Shown here: piece by piece, positions 1 through 11,925 of the stretch
How the letters are laid out: the number at the start of each line of letters is the position of its first letter
How positions within the stretch are numbered: the first letter of the stretch is position 1
Assembly (NCBI RefSeq): GCF_009834535.1
Contig: NC_045697.1
Location: 104,844,001-104,908,000 of the forward strand
Direction of reading: 5' to 3'
DNA: 64,000 bases
Source of the DNA: Camelus ferus
Taxonomy: Eukaryota
Notes under the pieces: model-generated
What the model was told of the DNA's origin: nothing
The model's database searches: none
What the model saw: only the letters and a program-made list of their open reading frames with translations
Translations under genes and position numbers: made by a program

Positions 1-770
1 CTGTCCAGGAATTTAAGGACTTTTAAAATAGTGCTGTTGTGTTGATGATGTTCTTTTGAAAGCCCTTTGTAGTGTCTTTGCTTCTCTTACATGTGTCGCG
101 TCCTGTCTTTCTGTTTTTGTTCAGGGCTTCAATGATACTCTCAGTTTCTGAGGGTTCTGGCAAATCAGGGCAGTTGCCTGAGGCCCAGAGGTGGGGGAAG
201 GCTTGGGGAAGAGGGGATGCCCAGAGAGAGAAGGCGGAGCCTGCCAGATGGTGCACAGTCTCCTCCCTCTGGTTCCGAGTGGGCTAGTGGGGCTGCTGGG
301 CTGGCCTGCAGACCTGAGGGGGTGTCCTGTCCCCCAGTTGCATTCCTTTCCCCACTTGAACAAGAAGATCCTGTGTGTACACAGTCTTGAGGCTTTTGAG
401 ACCTTTTTCCATGCCCCAACCCCTACCCAAACAATTTTTTCCCACTACAGATTTCACTCTTGTGAAAACACTGGGCCAGGGAACTCTTGCTGGGTGTTTG
501 GCCCAGAGCTTCTGTTCCAATAAAGAGGGTGCTAGGCTTCTGAGGATCAAAGGCTTCTGTTATTAGCTTAGATGGTTCCAGGCAAGACGCGATGAGTGTT
601 TCCTCAACCCTCGTTTGTTTCACTCCTTCCTCATTCTTTTCATGGTTGCAAGGATCTCACCAAAGCTTTTGGTTAAGCGATTTCTGTATCTTTTGGGGCT
701 TTTGACTCTGATTTTCCGCTTCAGGCATTTTATTACTTTTTCTTTTAATTTCAAAAGTGCTTCATGGTAT

Positions 771-939
771 TAAACAACAAGGTCCTACTGTACAGCACAG
801 GGAACTATATTCAGTATCTTGTAATAACCTATAATGATAAAGAATATGAAAAAGAATATATATGTATAACTGAGTGACTGTGCTATACACCAGAAACTGA
901 CACAACATTGTAAATCAACTATACGTCAATTTAAAAAAA
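771..939 (+). mobile_element. L1 3' UTR end (cetartiodactyl type), 5'-truncated
   Basis: aacaacaaggtcctactgtacagcacagggaactatattcag...aactatacgtcaatt followed by an A tail; homologous to 57885-58050. Confidence 0.9.
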
Positions 940-1019
940 ATACTTGGTGGTTAAAATAAAATACCTTTTACCTCTTGGGAGGAACTTTCATGACATTCTC
1001 TCACTGGTACACCCTAGGG

Positions 1020-1290
1020 CAGTAGCTCTCAAGGCCTGGTCCCTGGACCCTCAGTGGCAGTATCACCTGGGAACTTGTTAGGAATGCAAATTCTTGGACC
1101 TTACCCCAGACCTCCTGAATCAGGAGTGGGGCCCATCGGGCTGTGTTCTTTTTTTTTTTTTTTAAAGGGAAAGTGAGTTTATTTAGAAAGATAAACATTC
1201 CGTAGACCATTTCAGAAGGTGAGCCCCCAGGCTGTGGTCTAATAAGCCTTCCAGGTTATTGTGAAACATGCCGAGATCAGAACCCCTGGC
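1020..1290. mobile_element. MER5A-like hAT-Charlie MITE, interrupted at 1146-1229
   Basis: cagtatcacctgggaacttgttaggaatgcaaattcttggacc...ccagacctcctgaatcag is the characteristic MER5A core. Confidence 0.8.
1146..1229 (-). mobile_element. Short polyadenylated retroposed fragment (probably an LTR R-region 3' end) with TSD ggctgtg
   Basis: Minus strand reads ...tctttctaAATAAActcactttcccttt + poly(A); direct repeat ggctgtg at 1139-1145 and 1230-1236. Confidence 0.7.
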
Positions 1291-2750
1291 CTCAGGCGCC
1301 AGCTGCCCTGGCATTTGCAGTCTTGCAGCTGAATGTCTGAAAGGTAGAAACACTGTCAATTGCTTGTTGATGACTTTATGTCTCCCAGGAGATTACAGTA
1401 GTCTCTAAGACCCTGCGCTTTTACCTGTCGTTTCCAAAGGATTTTGGACTAGATTTAGTTTGTTTGTTTCAATGGGACAAGTTTCTGCTGTTAGGAATTT
1501 TAGTGTTATTCAATTTGTGTTTCGCATTGCTTTTGAGTTCCTATAATGTGAACTCATTACATGCCATTGGAAAGACTGTGCCTTTATTGTCATCTAATTT
1601 TATTTTATATGGTATATCAAGCCTGTTTTAATCAGTTCTTTTACAGATAACAGTGACACATTTTTTTATGCAGACTAAGGTTGGCGTGTGCATTCCGATG
1701 GGGAAAAATCCATTTTAAACCTAAGAAGACATTTCTCAGTTTAGTTTCAAAGTTGTCAATGATCTAAATTTATGAAGGGTTTTTTCTCCTTGGAACTGAC
1801 CTTTACCATTTGACAACATTGTTTTTTTTTTGTTGTTGTTCAAATAAATCCTGCCCCCTCCACCACCACCTTCGCTTGTAAACCCAGTATAATTCAGTCA
1901 GTTGCCAATGTCATTGTGAAACCTGTTTTTCAGGAATGCACCTTGTGGGAGTTGGATTTTTTCTGACCTAGAATCCTATAGAGGTTACAGTCAGGACTGC
2001 CTCTAACAGGAGGCCTGGGCTCCTTCCTGACCTTTTCATGTGAAGCCTTCCCTCATGACTCAGTGTCCTCGCCATTGGTGACTCACTGTCATCTGTGGCC
2101 TTGCAGCCTTGTCATCATCAGATGCTCCTTCCCTCTTGAAACTTACATTTCCTATATTTCATCTCCTTGGGTTTGTTCTCTGCTTCTGAGGAATCAATTA
2201 GCTCTTGGGATAAACCAGTTAATATGTTAACATGACAGAATTCAGAGTAGACTTGGACTGTTGACTCTCCACCCTCCAGCGCGCACACACACACAGCCAG
2301 AGGGGCATCAGAATGTACCCAGCCCACCCATTCAATTGTCTAATCCAGAGGACTGGTTCTATTAGTGGGAATTAGTTCAGCTGAATCAGAGTTTCGCAAG
2401 GAAGATATTTTCATTTAGATCCTGTCATGAAGTACTCAAAGGTATGGCCTGGGCTCCTAAAACAAAGAGCGGAGGGGGAACTTAAGGAAACTTATATTTA
2501 ACTGCTTCAGCTAAAAAAAAATAGGAAACAAACTCAGTGAAGCGGAGGGATTTGATCTACATCACATCTCACAAGTTGGTGATAGAGATGAAAAGAGAAT
2601 CTTTCTCCTGTCTCCTGGTATCCCAAGGACATTCCTTGCCCTTGGCTCCTTGTAAGATGTAATGCCCTTCCTGCCACCTCTGAATCTGGGTGGGAAGGAT
2701 AGGTGTCCTTACAGCTCACGTCCCCCAGACCGCAGACGTGAAGAAATGTG

Positions 2751-3314
2751 AATTTGGTTGTTTTTCCTGGGTTATTTGGACGACTGTGGCCCCTCAGCAT
2801 TTCAGTGGACTAACCACTCCTGAAGCACTTAAGGAGGAAATAGGAATTCTGGTGGTGGTTTGAAAACTTGCCATTGAGACCTGCTGGGTGGGTCGAGGAA
2901 GTGTCAGTAATAGGACCTAAAGAGTGGATGCCACCATCGTGGAAGAAACTCCTGGAGACCACAGTGGAGAACCCCTTAAAGAAATGACGTGGCTCCAGGA
3001 TCCTGGATGGCAGAGGAAAGATATGTGTGGGGAAAATCCGATATTGGTGACTGAGATGAATGTGATTCAGGAGAGTTAGATGCTGAAGAAGCTTTAGAAA
3101 TATCTTAAATATCTTTTGCTTATCATCTTTTTAAAAAATGTATGCACAGGAGGGATATATGGCAAAAATCCGTCTAACTGCCAGAGAGCTTTTCAATAAA
3201 TATGAAAGTTCTTAGCGTTAAGATATTGAAGACACCATTAGCACCATGTTTTAATAGCAGAGAAAAAACAGAGTGTCTTACTATTGGTGGCATGTTAGAT
3301 TGAGTGAAATACAG
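2751..3314 (+). mobile_element. Kanga1-like (TcMar-Tc2/pogo) DNA transposon fossil with a decayed transposase C-terminus and right TIR
   Basis: Decayed translation NLVVFPGLFGRLWPLSISVD*PLLKHLRRK*EFWWWFENLPLRPAG...WKKLLETTVENPLKK*...LDG resembles pogo/Tc2 LVVIPGG-T--LQPLDV-VNKPFK...WKKI----V--SFKKC; ends gcatgttagattgagtgaaatacag. Confidence 0.75.
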
Positions 3315-3994
3315 TCCTACAGTGGTGTTGGGAGTTGTTGGAAGTCCAGGGTAAGAGCGGGGGCCATGGCAGTATTGTGGAAAGAATATGGACTTTGAAG
3401 CAGTGGCAGCCGTGAGGCCCCCTCAGATCTCCCACTGCAGGGAGCAGAGTCGCCCATTGGGCCCCACTGCTATGAGGTTCCATCACTGTGTTGTAGGAAA
3501 GCTGGGCTTCCCATGTCTGCCTCTGGTCAGTGAGTGAGCACAGCGGGGGTGGGGTGGAGGTGTTGATTAAAGAGCTCATTCCTGGGGACCCTGGAGTCCT
3601 CTGGCAGGCAGCCTTGTGTCAAGGAGTCCCTGCTGGTCTTGCCGTATGTTCTCTGGACCCTCCCTGCAGTCTAGCACGTCCGTCTGTCCTGCCTCCTTCC
3701 CTGTGTCCTCCCCCTGGGGCCGGACCTGCACTGCCCTCAGGCAGCAATTCCAGCCTCCCTTGGCTCCCTCCCCCTTTTCTCTCGTTGATGTTTCCCCTAA
3801 TGAATTTCTTGTATTTCTCCTCCTGTCTTGGTGTCTGCTTTTAGAGGACCTGGTCTAACACAGACGGCTCTGAAGAGAGGTATAGGGGACTCAGCACGGG
3901 CCTTCATGGTTCCCCTTATACCAGAAGCAGGAAATGCTGCCTTTAACCCAGAAACTTGATGCTTTATATTCTCTAAACCTGTGAGAGAACCCAT

Positions 3995-4110
3995 CTTCAT
4001 TCATAAAGCAAAGTTTCTTGAATATCTGTTAGGTGCTGGGAGTGTTGTAACAGCTGAGGATACAATGAGGAATTAGGTCCAGGATGAGTTGCTAAGCTGC
4101 TGGCTGCATA
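3995..4110 (-). mobile_element. L2 3' end fragment
   Basis: cattcataaagcaaagtttcttgaatatctgttaggtgctggg...gctgaggatacaatgagg resembles the reverse complement of the L2 terminus. Confidence 0.5.
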
Positions 4111-4311
4111 ACGGAGAAGGAGTTACCAAGGGCCCTTCCACCCCGCCCACTCCCTTCCCTTCCCTTCCTGGCCATGCAGGAGCCCAGGCCTCATAGAAGG
4201 GCTGGAGAGCTGTCTTTGTCTTTGGGCAAAGGTGTGAGTGTTCTTTTCTGAACAGTTATCCTTTCTCTCTCTCTCTCTCCCTCCTTCTCTCTCATGGTTT
4301 CTTCCGTTTTT

Positions 4312-4772
4312 CTTAATTGATGTGCCATCAGTTACAACGTGTCAGTTTCTGGTGTGCCGCACGATGTCCCAGTCATGCATATACATACACATATTCATTT
4401 TCATATTTTTTATTAAAGGTTATTATACGATATTGAATATAGTTCCCTGTGCTATACAGCAGAAACTTTTTTTAAAAACTATTTTTATATATAGTGGCTA
4501 ACATTTGTAAATCTCAAACTCCCAAATTTATTCCTTCCCACCTCCTTTCCCCCATTAACCATAAGATTGTTTACTACGTCTGAGAGTCTGTTTCTGTTTT
4601 GTAGATGAGTTCATAGTGTCCTTTTTTCTTTTTTAGATTCCACATATGAATGATATCATATGGTATTTTTCTTTCTCTTCTGGCTTCCTTCACTTAGAAT
4701 GATTATCTCTGGGTCCATCCATGTTGCTGCAAATGGCATTATTTTATTCTTTTTTAATGGCTGAGTAGTATT
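4312..4772 (-). mobile_element. Young camelid-type L1 3' end
   Basis: Closely similar to 33665-34130 (gtcagtttctggtgt...gtcccagtcatgcatatacatac...tagattccacatatga...gttgctgcaaatggcattattttattc); preceded by a (CT)-rich decayed tail. Confidence 0.92.
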
Positions 4773-5056
4773 TCTCTCATGTTTTCTTGATTCAACAATT
4801 TATTGCATTATTACTTGTGAGGTTCCATTTCTGGCTGTGCCACTGTGTGTTACCATTCATTTCAGAAATTCAAATTTTCCTTTATGAAGCTAAAAAACCC
4901 AAAGTTCAAATTCTCTCATGGTATTGTTACAGTGTTCTGACAGGTGATCTTTCTCTCCTCTGGGGTTTTATTCCTTCTCATGATGTTCTGCCCAAGTATT
5001 TATTTTGTCTAAGAAATAGAAGCGAGGTCTTTATGTCCCTTGTACACAGAGATTAC

Positions 5057-5141
5057 AAGATTCTGAATTTTAAAAAATATTAGTCTGGATTCTCAGTTGC
5101 AAGGTCTAGCTATTCTGAACAGAAGAGGAATTTATTAAAGA
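5057..5141 (+). repeat. 85-bp exact dispersed duplicate of 6651-6735
   Basis: aagattctgaattttaaaaaatattagtctggattctcagttgcaaggtctagctattctgaacagaagaggaatttattaaaga occurs at both positions. Confidence 0.95.
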
Positions 5142-6354
5142 GTGAGGGTCAAGGTTAAATAGCTGCACGTCCTTATTAGGGAAACTCACTCCTAATAAAC
5201 CCAATAGCTTTGGTTTGAAGATTCCCAGTTTTTCCTAAATAGAATTTTAAAAATGTTAAATTTGGTTTAAATAATCTGAGTAATATCGGTACTTTCCTTT
5301 TTTGATTAATGTCCTTTGAAATTGATGCAACCTCCTCCCCCCACGCCCCAACAAATGCTAAGATACACATTTGTAGAAGATAGGCATTAAGTGAATCTTA
5401 ATTTTGTGATACTTGGACCTAAATTTTTCTTTTCTTTGAGAGCTAGGTCATGGACAAATACTGAGTGTATTAACTCAGCAGAAGTTATCAGACCTTGAGC
5501 TCAAATCCTCTTGTTTTGTTAGGTTTCAAGCTATTCAGAGTTTAAGGTTGAAAGTTGATTAAAAACTTTTATTGGGGACTTTTTATTCTTGCACTGACTG
5601 TCTGAAAGCATAAGCATGGTAACTGAAGTAGTGAATTTGGAATATATATTTTACAAATTATGGTTCCCCAGCTTTTAAAAAATGAAATTACCATGGTCTG
5701 AAAGAGTCAGACATTCAGGGAACCATTTCATGTTAATTGGCTCCTAATTTTCAGATTTAAACTCTGCAGAATTAATTTCCAGTCCCTCTGCTCCTGTGAC
5801 CCAGTTAGGGCTATGTGTATGGCTTCATTAAGATGCTCTCTAGTTCTTAGCTGGTGAGTTTGAACTACTACCACTAGAAAATTTAATTTCATTTTACATT
5901 AATTTTTTTTTCTAACAGGAAGGATTAGCTGAGCTTGAGCTGTGCTTAAAAATAAAATATCATACAGGGGTTCATTTATTTTCAAGTCAAAATTGCTTCT
6001 AGCATGACGTCCTCTCCTCTTTTTACGTGTGTTAAGTAGGTGGAGAGCGAGTATCATCCATCCTTCTTTGTAGCTGAGAATATTCAGGTAACAAAGGAGA
6101 ATTGTTTTTTTTCCCCTATGATCCAAAAACAGAACTAGTTAGGGCAGAGCCCCAGTGAGAAAATATTGGCCTCCTATTTGTCACTGTGGCAGGGCTCTTT
6201 TAGTAAAACCAATTGTGAAGCTTTTTCTTTTTCTTTCTTTTTTTTTTTTGCCAACATTAGAGTCTTTTGACTCTCTGTTCTTTTCCTTATTATTTTAGGT
6301 ATTTAAAAAAGTGGAGGGACTTTATTGCCCATTTGAATTTTCTCATTAAGATTT

Positions 6355-6451
6355 TTTTTTTTCAGTGGAGGTACTGGGGATTGAACCCAGGACCTCATGC
6401 ATGCTAAATACATGCTCTGCCACTGAGCTTTACCTCCACCCCCCCCCCCCC
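6355..6451 (-). mobile_element. Camelid tRNA-Ala-derived SINE (Vic-1 type, short form)
   Basis: ggaggtactggggattgaacccaggacctcatgcatgcta...cactgagct; TSD cattaagattt at 6344-6354 and 6452-6462. Confidence 0.93.
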
Positions 6452-6671
6452 CATTAAGATTTGAGCCTAGATTGATGGGGGAAGGTACCAGACAGGGAGA
6501 GGCTGGCAAGGTGGAAAAAGATGTAGCAAAGGATGTGTGTGGATGGAGAGTAATCTAATTAATTAAAAGTGAATTGGTTTAATCAGGAGAAAAAAAGTCT
6601 TGTTTAGGAATATTGAGAAGGAAAGTACTGAAAGCAGTTTGAGATTGTTTAAGATTCTGAATTTTAAAAAA

Positions 6672-7200
6672 TATTAGTCTGGATTCTCAGTTGCAAGGTC
6701 TAGCTATTCTGAACAGAAGAGGAATTTATTAAAGAATATTAGGTGGCTTAGGGTCTCTTTATAAGTTTTTGGGAACCAGGAATGATGCCGAGTGTCTCAC
6801 CAGAGCTGGGCTTGGAGGAGAGACAGTCACTACTATTGCCACCAAGTGTGGACAGTACAGCACGACCGGCAGCACCACTGCCCCTGGTGGCTGTTGGCAG
6901 AACTGCTGCATCTGGAAACTAGTCCTTGCTAACACCCATCAGAATCTCTGTTCCCTGTTTTATTTTATTATTTTTTTTTTGAAGCACTAGATTCCAAATC
7001 AAAATCTTGAGTGGGAGAATCTAATTAGTGGGACTCTGACCAGATGCCAGTACCTCGCTGCCTGATGGCAGGGAAAGCAAGTGTCTGTTATATTGGAAGG
7101 TGGGTTTTGCTCTATTAGGTAGGAGAATTCCTAAAACGTAGGTAGGGGTTTCAAGTACCCGGTAGCCCAGAAGGACAGGTAACCAATACCCTAATGTTAA
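6672..7200. mobile_element. MLT1-like (ERVL-MaLR) LTR, old
   Basis: tattagtctggattctcagttgcaag...aagaggaatttattaaagaatattaggtggct is typical of an MLT1 terminus; far end approximate. Confidence 0.6.
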
Positions 7201-8849
7201 TGCCTGATTGTAAGGTGACACCATTTTCCCGTGAAAAGATTTAACAAAAATTTTTGGGTAGCTTGAACTTAACACACTTTCAGGTAATCCTATCCACATC
7301 TGCTGGGTAATCAGACATATATATTCATTATTTAGTCTGTATTTAAAAATTAAAGCATCAGTGTAAACTTGACAGATATTTTCCCTGTTTATTTCATGGG
7401 AAAGTTATTCCAGCTCTTGACATCTTTGGCGTCAGTGTGCTTACCAGGAACACACTCTGAATTTTCCAGCACAGCTTTCCTCGTGGCCATATCAATCTGA
7501 GTTCTCGGAGACACAGCCCTTTAAAAAAATCTCTTTCTGATGCTTTATTTGGAAATTTTATCTCAAGCCACCAGTACCCCCTCACAGCACATTTGGCCAG
7601 TCTCAGTTAAAAATTTATCCATGAGATGTATTTTCATGACTTTCTTAATGTAACCACTTACCTTGTTCTTAGAACGACTGCAGTGAAATTACTGAACACT
7701 TAAAATGTTGAGGTCATCTCCAGAATAATGACTAAATCTCTTTAAGCTTCTTAGGGTCCCCTTGTTTTTGTAACCCAGACCCATTTGTGATCTCTAAGCC
7801 ACTGAAACTAGATGTGACTGGGGTCGTTATAGGCTAAGATTCCTCAAAAACTTCTGTGTTCATCAAAATAATGGAAAGCGCACCCCTTCAGGATACTGTA
7901 AGAATTCTCATATAGGCTGAGTCCCTTTTTTCCTAAGGGGCAATTTTGGGAAATGTACTCCTTATGTTCAGATATTTGTAAGTGTTCCTTGGCACCCTTT
8001 CTCAAGGTTCTGTTTCAAGGAAAAATAAGAAATATGTCTTTGCTGAATGATTTCTTTGCTGCTGTTCTTGACACTGGGACTGGAAAGTAAGAGTCTTCCC
8101 TTTAGTCTGATGAAACAGGGAGGTATCTGGAAGGTCATGGGAGAAAACAGTGGAAGTTCTCCTTTGCTCTCTGATTACACATTCCTCTGGGGTCAAGAGC
8201 ACTTGGAATCCAGGCTTAAAATAACGAGGGCCGTGGGGAATGGACTTAATTCCTTCTGTTTCATTAGACTCTGTGCTTGTGAGTACGGAGTGATTAGGAA
8301 GGCAGCATGTAGCGCCTCTACTGGCGTATTCATTGTCTGACCTGGACGGAGACTTTAAAAAATTACTAAAGATAATCATAGGATGTAGTTCCGCCTTTGT
8401 GACCCTTTATGCTGAATAGAGGTCTCTGGTCCTAAGCCCCATTCTCTTTTGAATTGACATCAGAATTTAGCCTTTGATCTCAAACTTGGGGGAATTTAAA
8501 GCAGCAGCAGCAGTTGCTCCCCACAGTAGAGTCCTGTTCTCTCTGGTTGCCTGTGGTTGTCTCTAGATTCTCAGCTCCAGCTCCAACTGTAGAGGGAGGT
8601 GACGATACCATCCTACCTTGCCTTTCTTTTTTAGACATTTAAGTTCTCATCTCCAAACGTCTTACAAAAGGGATTTCAGACTTGACTAGTGGCGGGGGGA
8701 AATTAATCCTTCCAACTCTTAGGTAATAATCTTCTTCTCTTACTTTGGATGGTGAAGTTCTGATGATTCTGTGGCTTGCCATCCTAGCGCCATAAGGCAA
8801 TGCTGAAGTGTATTTTGTGATTCTGCCTCTCCCAGCTCACGTGGAATCC

Positions 8850-9560
8850 CAGAATCATACAGATGGGTAGGACCTCAGGGTTCTCCCAGGCCAACTTCCT
8901 CCTCATGTAGGAATCTGCAGTAGTGTCCTGGGACACTGGTCATCTTGCTTCTGCTTGCTGATGTGGAAGGAGCGGAGGGGTTGTGGTGTCACACTGCCTT
9001 GCTGTGTCCATTGTAGTTTTTATTGTGTTCCTCTTGATGGCGAACCCAGATCAGCTCTATCGCTTTTTCTCTGTTAGACCTGGTTTTGTCCTCTTCAGGC
9101 AAATCAAAATGATTTTTTCTTTTCTCATATGGTACCCTTTTAATTATTTGAAGACAGCTTTCATTGTGTTCCCTTTAAATGTTCTCTTTCTCCACAGTCC
9201 AATTGAACACCTCTTTTTTTTTGTTCTTCAACCGATTCTTTCTAAACCTTTTTAGCATTGTGATCTCGCATCCCTGCTTTGCCCCAGTTAAAGAATATCT
9301 CTTCTAAAATTTGGTGACCACACTGTTGAGATTGGTTCTGATCTTCTGGGACACAGTTGAATGATGTCCTTGTTTGCATTTGAACAATATGTTACCTTTG
9401 TATGTGCTCATGATCTTCCAAGGGCAATTTGTGACAGCTTTATTAGTTCATGTTGTACTTTCATTTAAGTCACATTTTTAGGGGCTAAAGCCACCGTTAA
9501 AGTCCACTATAAAATTCACATGAGCCGTTGTCAAGACTGGAGCATTCACCTTTGAGCGCT
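8850..9560 (-). mobile_element. L3/CR1 LINE fossil
   Basis: ccttttaattatttgaagacagctttcattgtgttccctttaaatgttctctttctcca resembles the antisense 3' ORF2 region of CR1/L3. Confidence 0.55.
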
Positions 9561-9782
9561 GAAGTCTGGTAGACTGCTTATCCCCAGCAGCTTCAGTGGC
9601 ACCACTCTTGAATTCTTTCAGCTCGAGAGCTTCTTGAACTGTGATTCTCGCACCCAGGATCCGACCTTCCTTCCCAACTTGTGATGCCCTGCAGATATGT
9701 AAATGTGTATTTTAAAAATACACAATCAGGTGAGAGTAAGAAGAGCATCTTATGGTGTGATGGTCCCGATGGTTCTCTTAGG

Positions 9783-10005
9783 CAGGGTGCAGTCAGCCAC
9801 GGCCCATGGGCCAAACCCGCCTCGCCTCCTGTTGTTATAAATGAGATTTTGTTGGAACACAGCCACTCTCAGTTGTTTATATTACTACATATGACTGTTT
9901 TTGTGCTACAGTGGCAGAGCTGAGTAGTTGCATCGGAGGCCCTGTGGCTCAAAGCCTGAATTATTTACTACTTGACTTTTTATAGAAAAAGTTGACGGAG
10001 CCCTG
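9783..10005. mobile_element. MER58A-like hAT-Charlie MITE
   Basis: caggg...ggcccatgggccaaa...ttggaacacagccac...ccctg termini; degenerate 8-bp TSD ctcttagg / ctgtaagg. Confidence 0.85.
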
Positions 10006-11017
10006 CTGTAAGGTGAGACCAACTTATTGAGATGTTTGTTATGTTAATACAAATGTTCATGTCAGTATATTCTGTTTGTAAGCAAGACTATCCAAAACTC
10101 TTTCCAAGGCTCAGTCACAAGGCTTTTTTTGCTTTTTAAAAAAAAATATGTGGCTGGTTCAAGTATTTTATGGGAAAAAATGTGGTTACATAGTATTATA
10201 TGTATGGTTGTAAAGTCATATTCTATATTTGCTTTCTCTCTCAATTATCTGATTGATCTCTAAAGCGTTAGCATTGGAAAGCTTTTCTCCGTATTATTAC
10301 TTCTGCTGTCTCTTTCAAATCTGAAGCTTTCCCCATCAGAAACTGCCTTAGAGTTGGTTTTAGGGGCAGTCCCCAGGTGGGGCAGGCATTTGTCTCTGGG
10401 GAAGAAGAGTCATGTTTTGGGACTAGAAAACTTCCATGACACTTATTACTAACAAATATTATACAATACTTCTGTGAAATTATGAAAGGAACCAAGAGAT
10501 TCCATGGAGTCTCCACTCTGTTTTGAGAGAAAGGGGAAGACAATCTTTGTTGTTCAACCTGCACTGCCTGGCTCTGAAGCCTTTAGCAGCTACTTTGTGA
10601 TTTTGTTCTTGAGTAGAATGTCTAAGGTTCAATTCAGAAGTCACACAGTCAGACTTTCTTAAAGAAGGCAAATGATCATGAATTATAAATTAAAGAAAAC
10701 TTTTTAAATTAAAACATTCTTTTGTTAAAGAATTACAGTGGTATCTGTCCCAATGACTTCTTTCTTTGCTTTGGAAATTGGTTTATTGACCTGCAAACAG
10801 CCCTAATGTGGGCCCTTGGAAGTCACACAGATATTGCACTGGATTAATTCTCCAAGTGAAGGACAGATATAAAAGTGCTCAAGTGGCATCTCTGTGGCCT
10901 GGTCCTTTTGTGAAGGACAGTGTTCACTCCAGAGTCTGGAGTTTCAGGGTTTGAATTTTAAAAGGTCTTCACATAGCCCTGTTATTGATGCCCACGCTGA
11001 GCATTTACTGAGCATTT

Positions 11018-11177
11018 TTTTTTTTTTAATATTTTTTTGGGAGTGGGGAGGTAATTAGGTACTTTGGCTGGTTGGTTGACTTACAGATTTACTTACCTAC
11101 CTAGGGTACTGGGGATTGAACCAAGACCTTGTGCATGCTAAGCACGTGTTCTACCCCCTGAGCTACACCTTCCCCTC
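11018..11177 (-). mobile_element. Camelid tRNA-derived SINE (long form)
   Basis: ggggaggtaattagg...gtactggggattgaaccaagaccttgtgcatgctaagcacg...gagctacacc; TSD ttactgagcattt at 11005-11017 and 11178-11190. Confidence 0.93.
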
Positions 11178-11229
11178 TTACTGAGCATTTCTACGGCCTG
11201 TTGTGATGGCTAGCGGAGCCCACTGGATC

Positions 11230-11925
11230 TCTTCAGCTTCCTCCCCCGATTCCTGACTTCCGGGGCTTCAGTGACACTGAACAGCTGCTTGGCTGTTCCA
11301 TGCCCTGGGGCTGCTGCTCTCCTGTCTCTCCAGGAGAGCCTTTCTTATCCTTTGCCTGGAGAACTCCTGTGCCCCATTTCAGGCTCAGGTCTGCATTATC
11401 GCTTCAAGAAGTCTTCTCTTACCCGGGTGGCTTCCTCCTCCATGTGGCTCCCCCACAGGCTCGGTGTGTCCTGGTCCCCTGCCTTCACTCACCCCTCCAT
11501 CCACTTCTTTGTTCTTAATGCCCCGGGCACACTGGCCTTTTGCTGTTTCCTAAAGTGCTCTGTCTCCTCCCCTCCATCCTTGGCCTCAGTTGGTTTCAGG
11601 CTGCTGTTCCCCTTGATCTTTGCACCACTGATCCCTTCTCATCTTTCAGATGTTGCTCAAACTTCTTTGATGAAGCCCCCCACCTCACCCCAGCCCATTT
11701 CTCCTAGTGTCTCCTCTGATAAATTTCTCACCGTAGCCCTGCTTTTCTCCATTCGAAGGAATTATGAGAATTTGCAATTTGCAATTACATGTCGACTCGT
11801 GTGTTCGTATCTGTTGTCTGTCTTCCGTAGAAGATGGTGGGTTCCCCGAGGCCGGGGCCCGCACTTGTGCCGTTCATAGTCCTGTCTTTAGTACCCAACA
11901 CTGAGTATCCTGCAGGTGCTTGTTT
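11230..11925 (+). mobile_element. L2 fragments
   Basis: Pyrimidine-rich L2 3' region ending tcctgtctttagtacccaacactgagtatcctgcaggtgctt; explains the 202-aa low-complexity ORF. Confidence 0.6.

Noticed and set aside
6877..6893. CTCF-like CCACCAGGGGCAG on the minus strand
   Set aside because: One G short of the core spacing and within an old LTR; weaker than the other candidates.
11271..11879. Longest ORF in the track (202 aa)
   Set aside because: Low-complexity S/P/L-rich translation of pyrimidine-rich L2 sequence; non-ATG start and no domain similarity.
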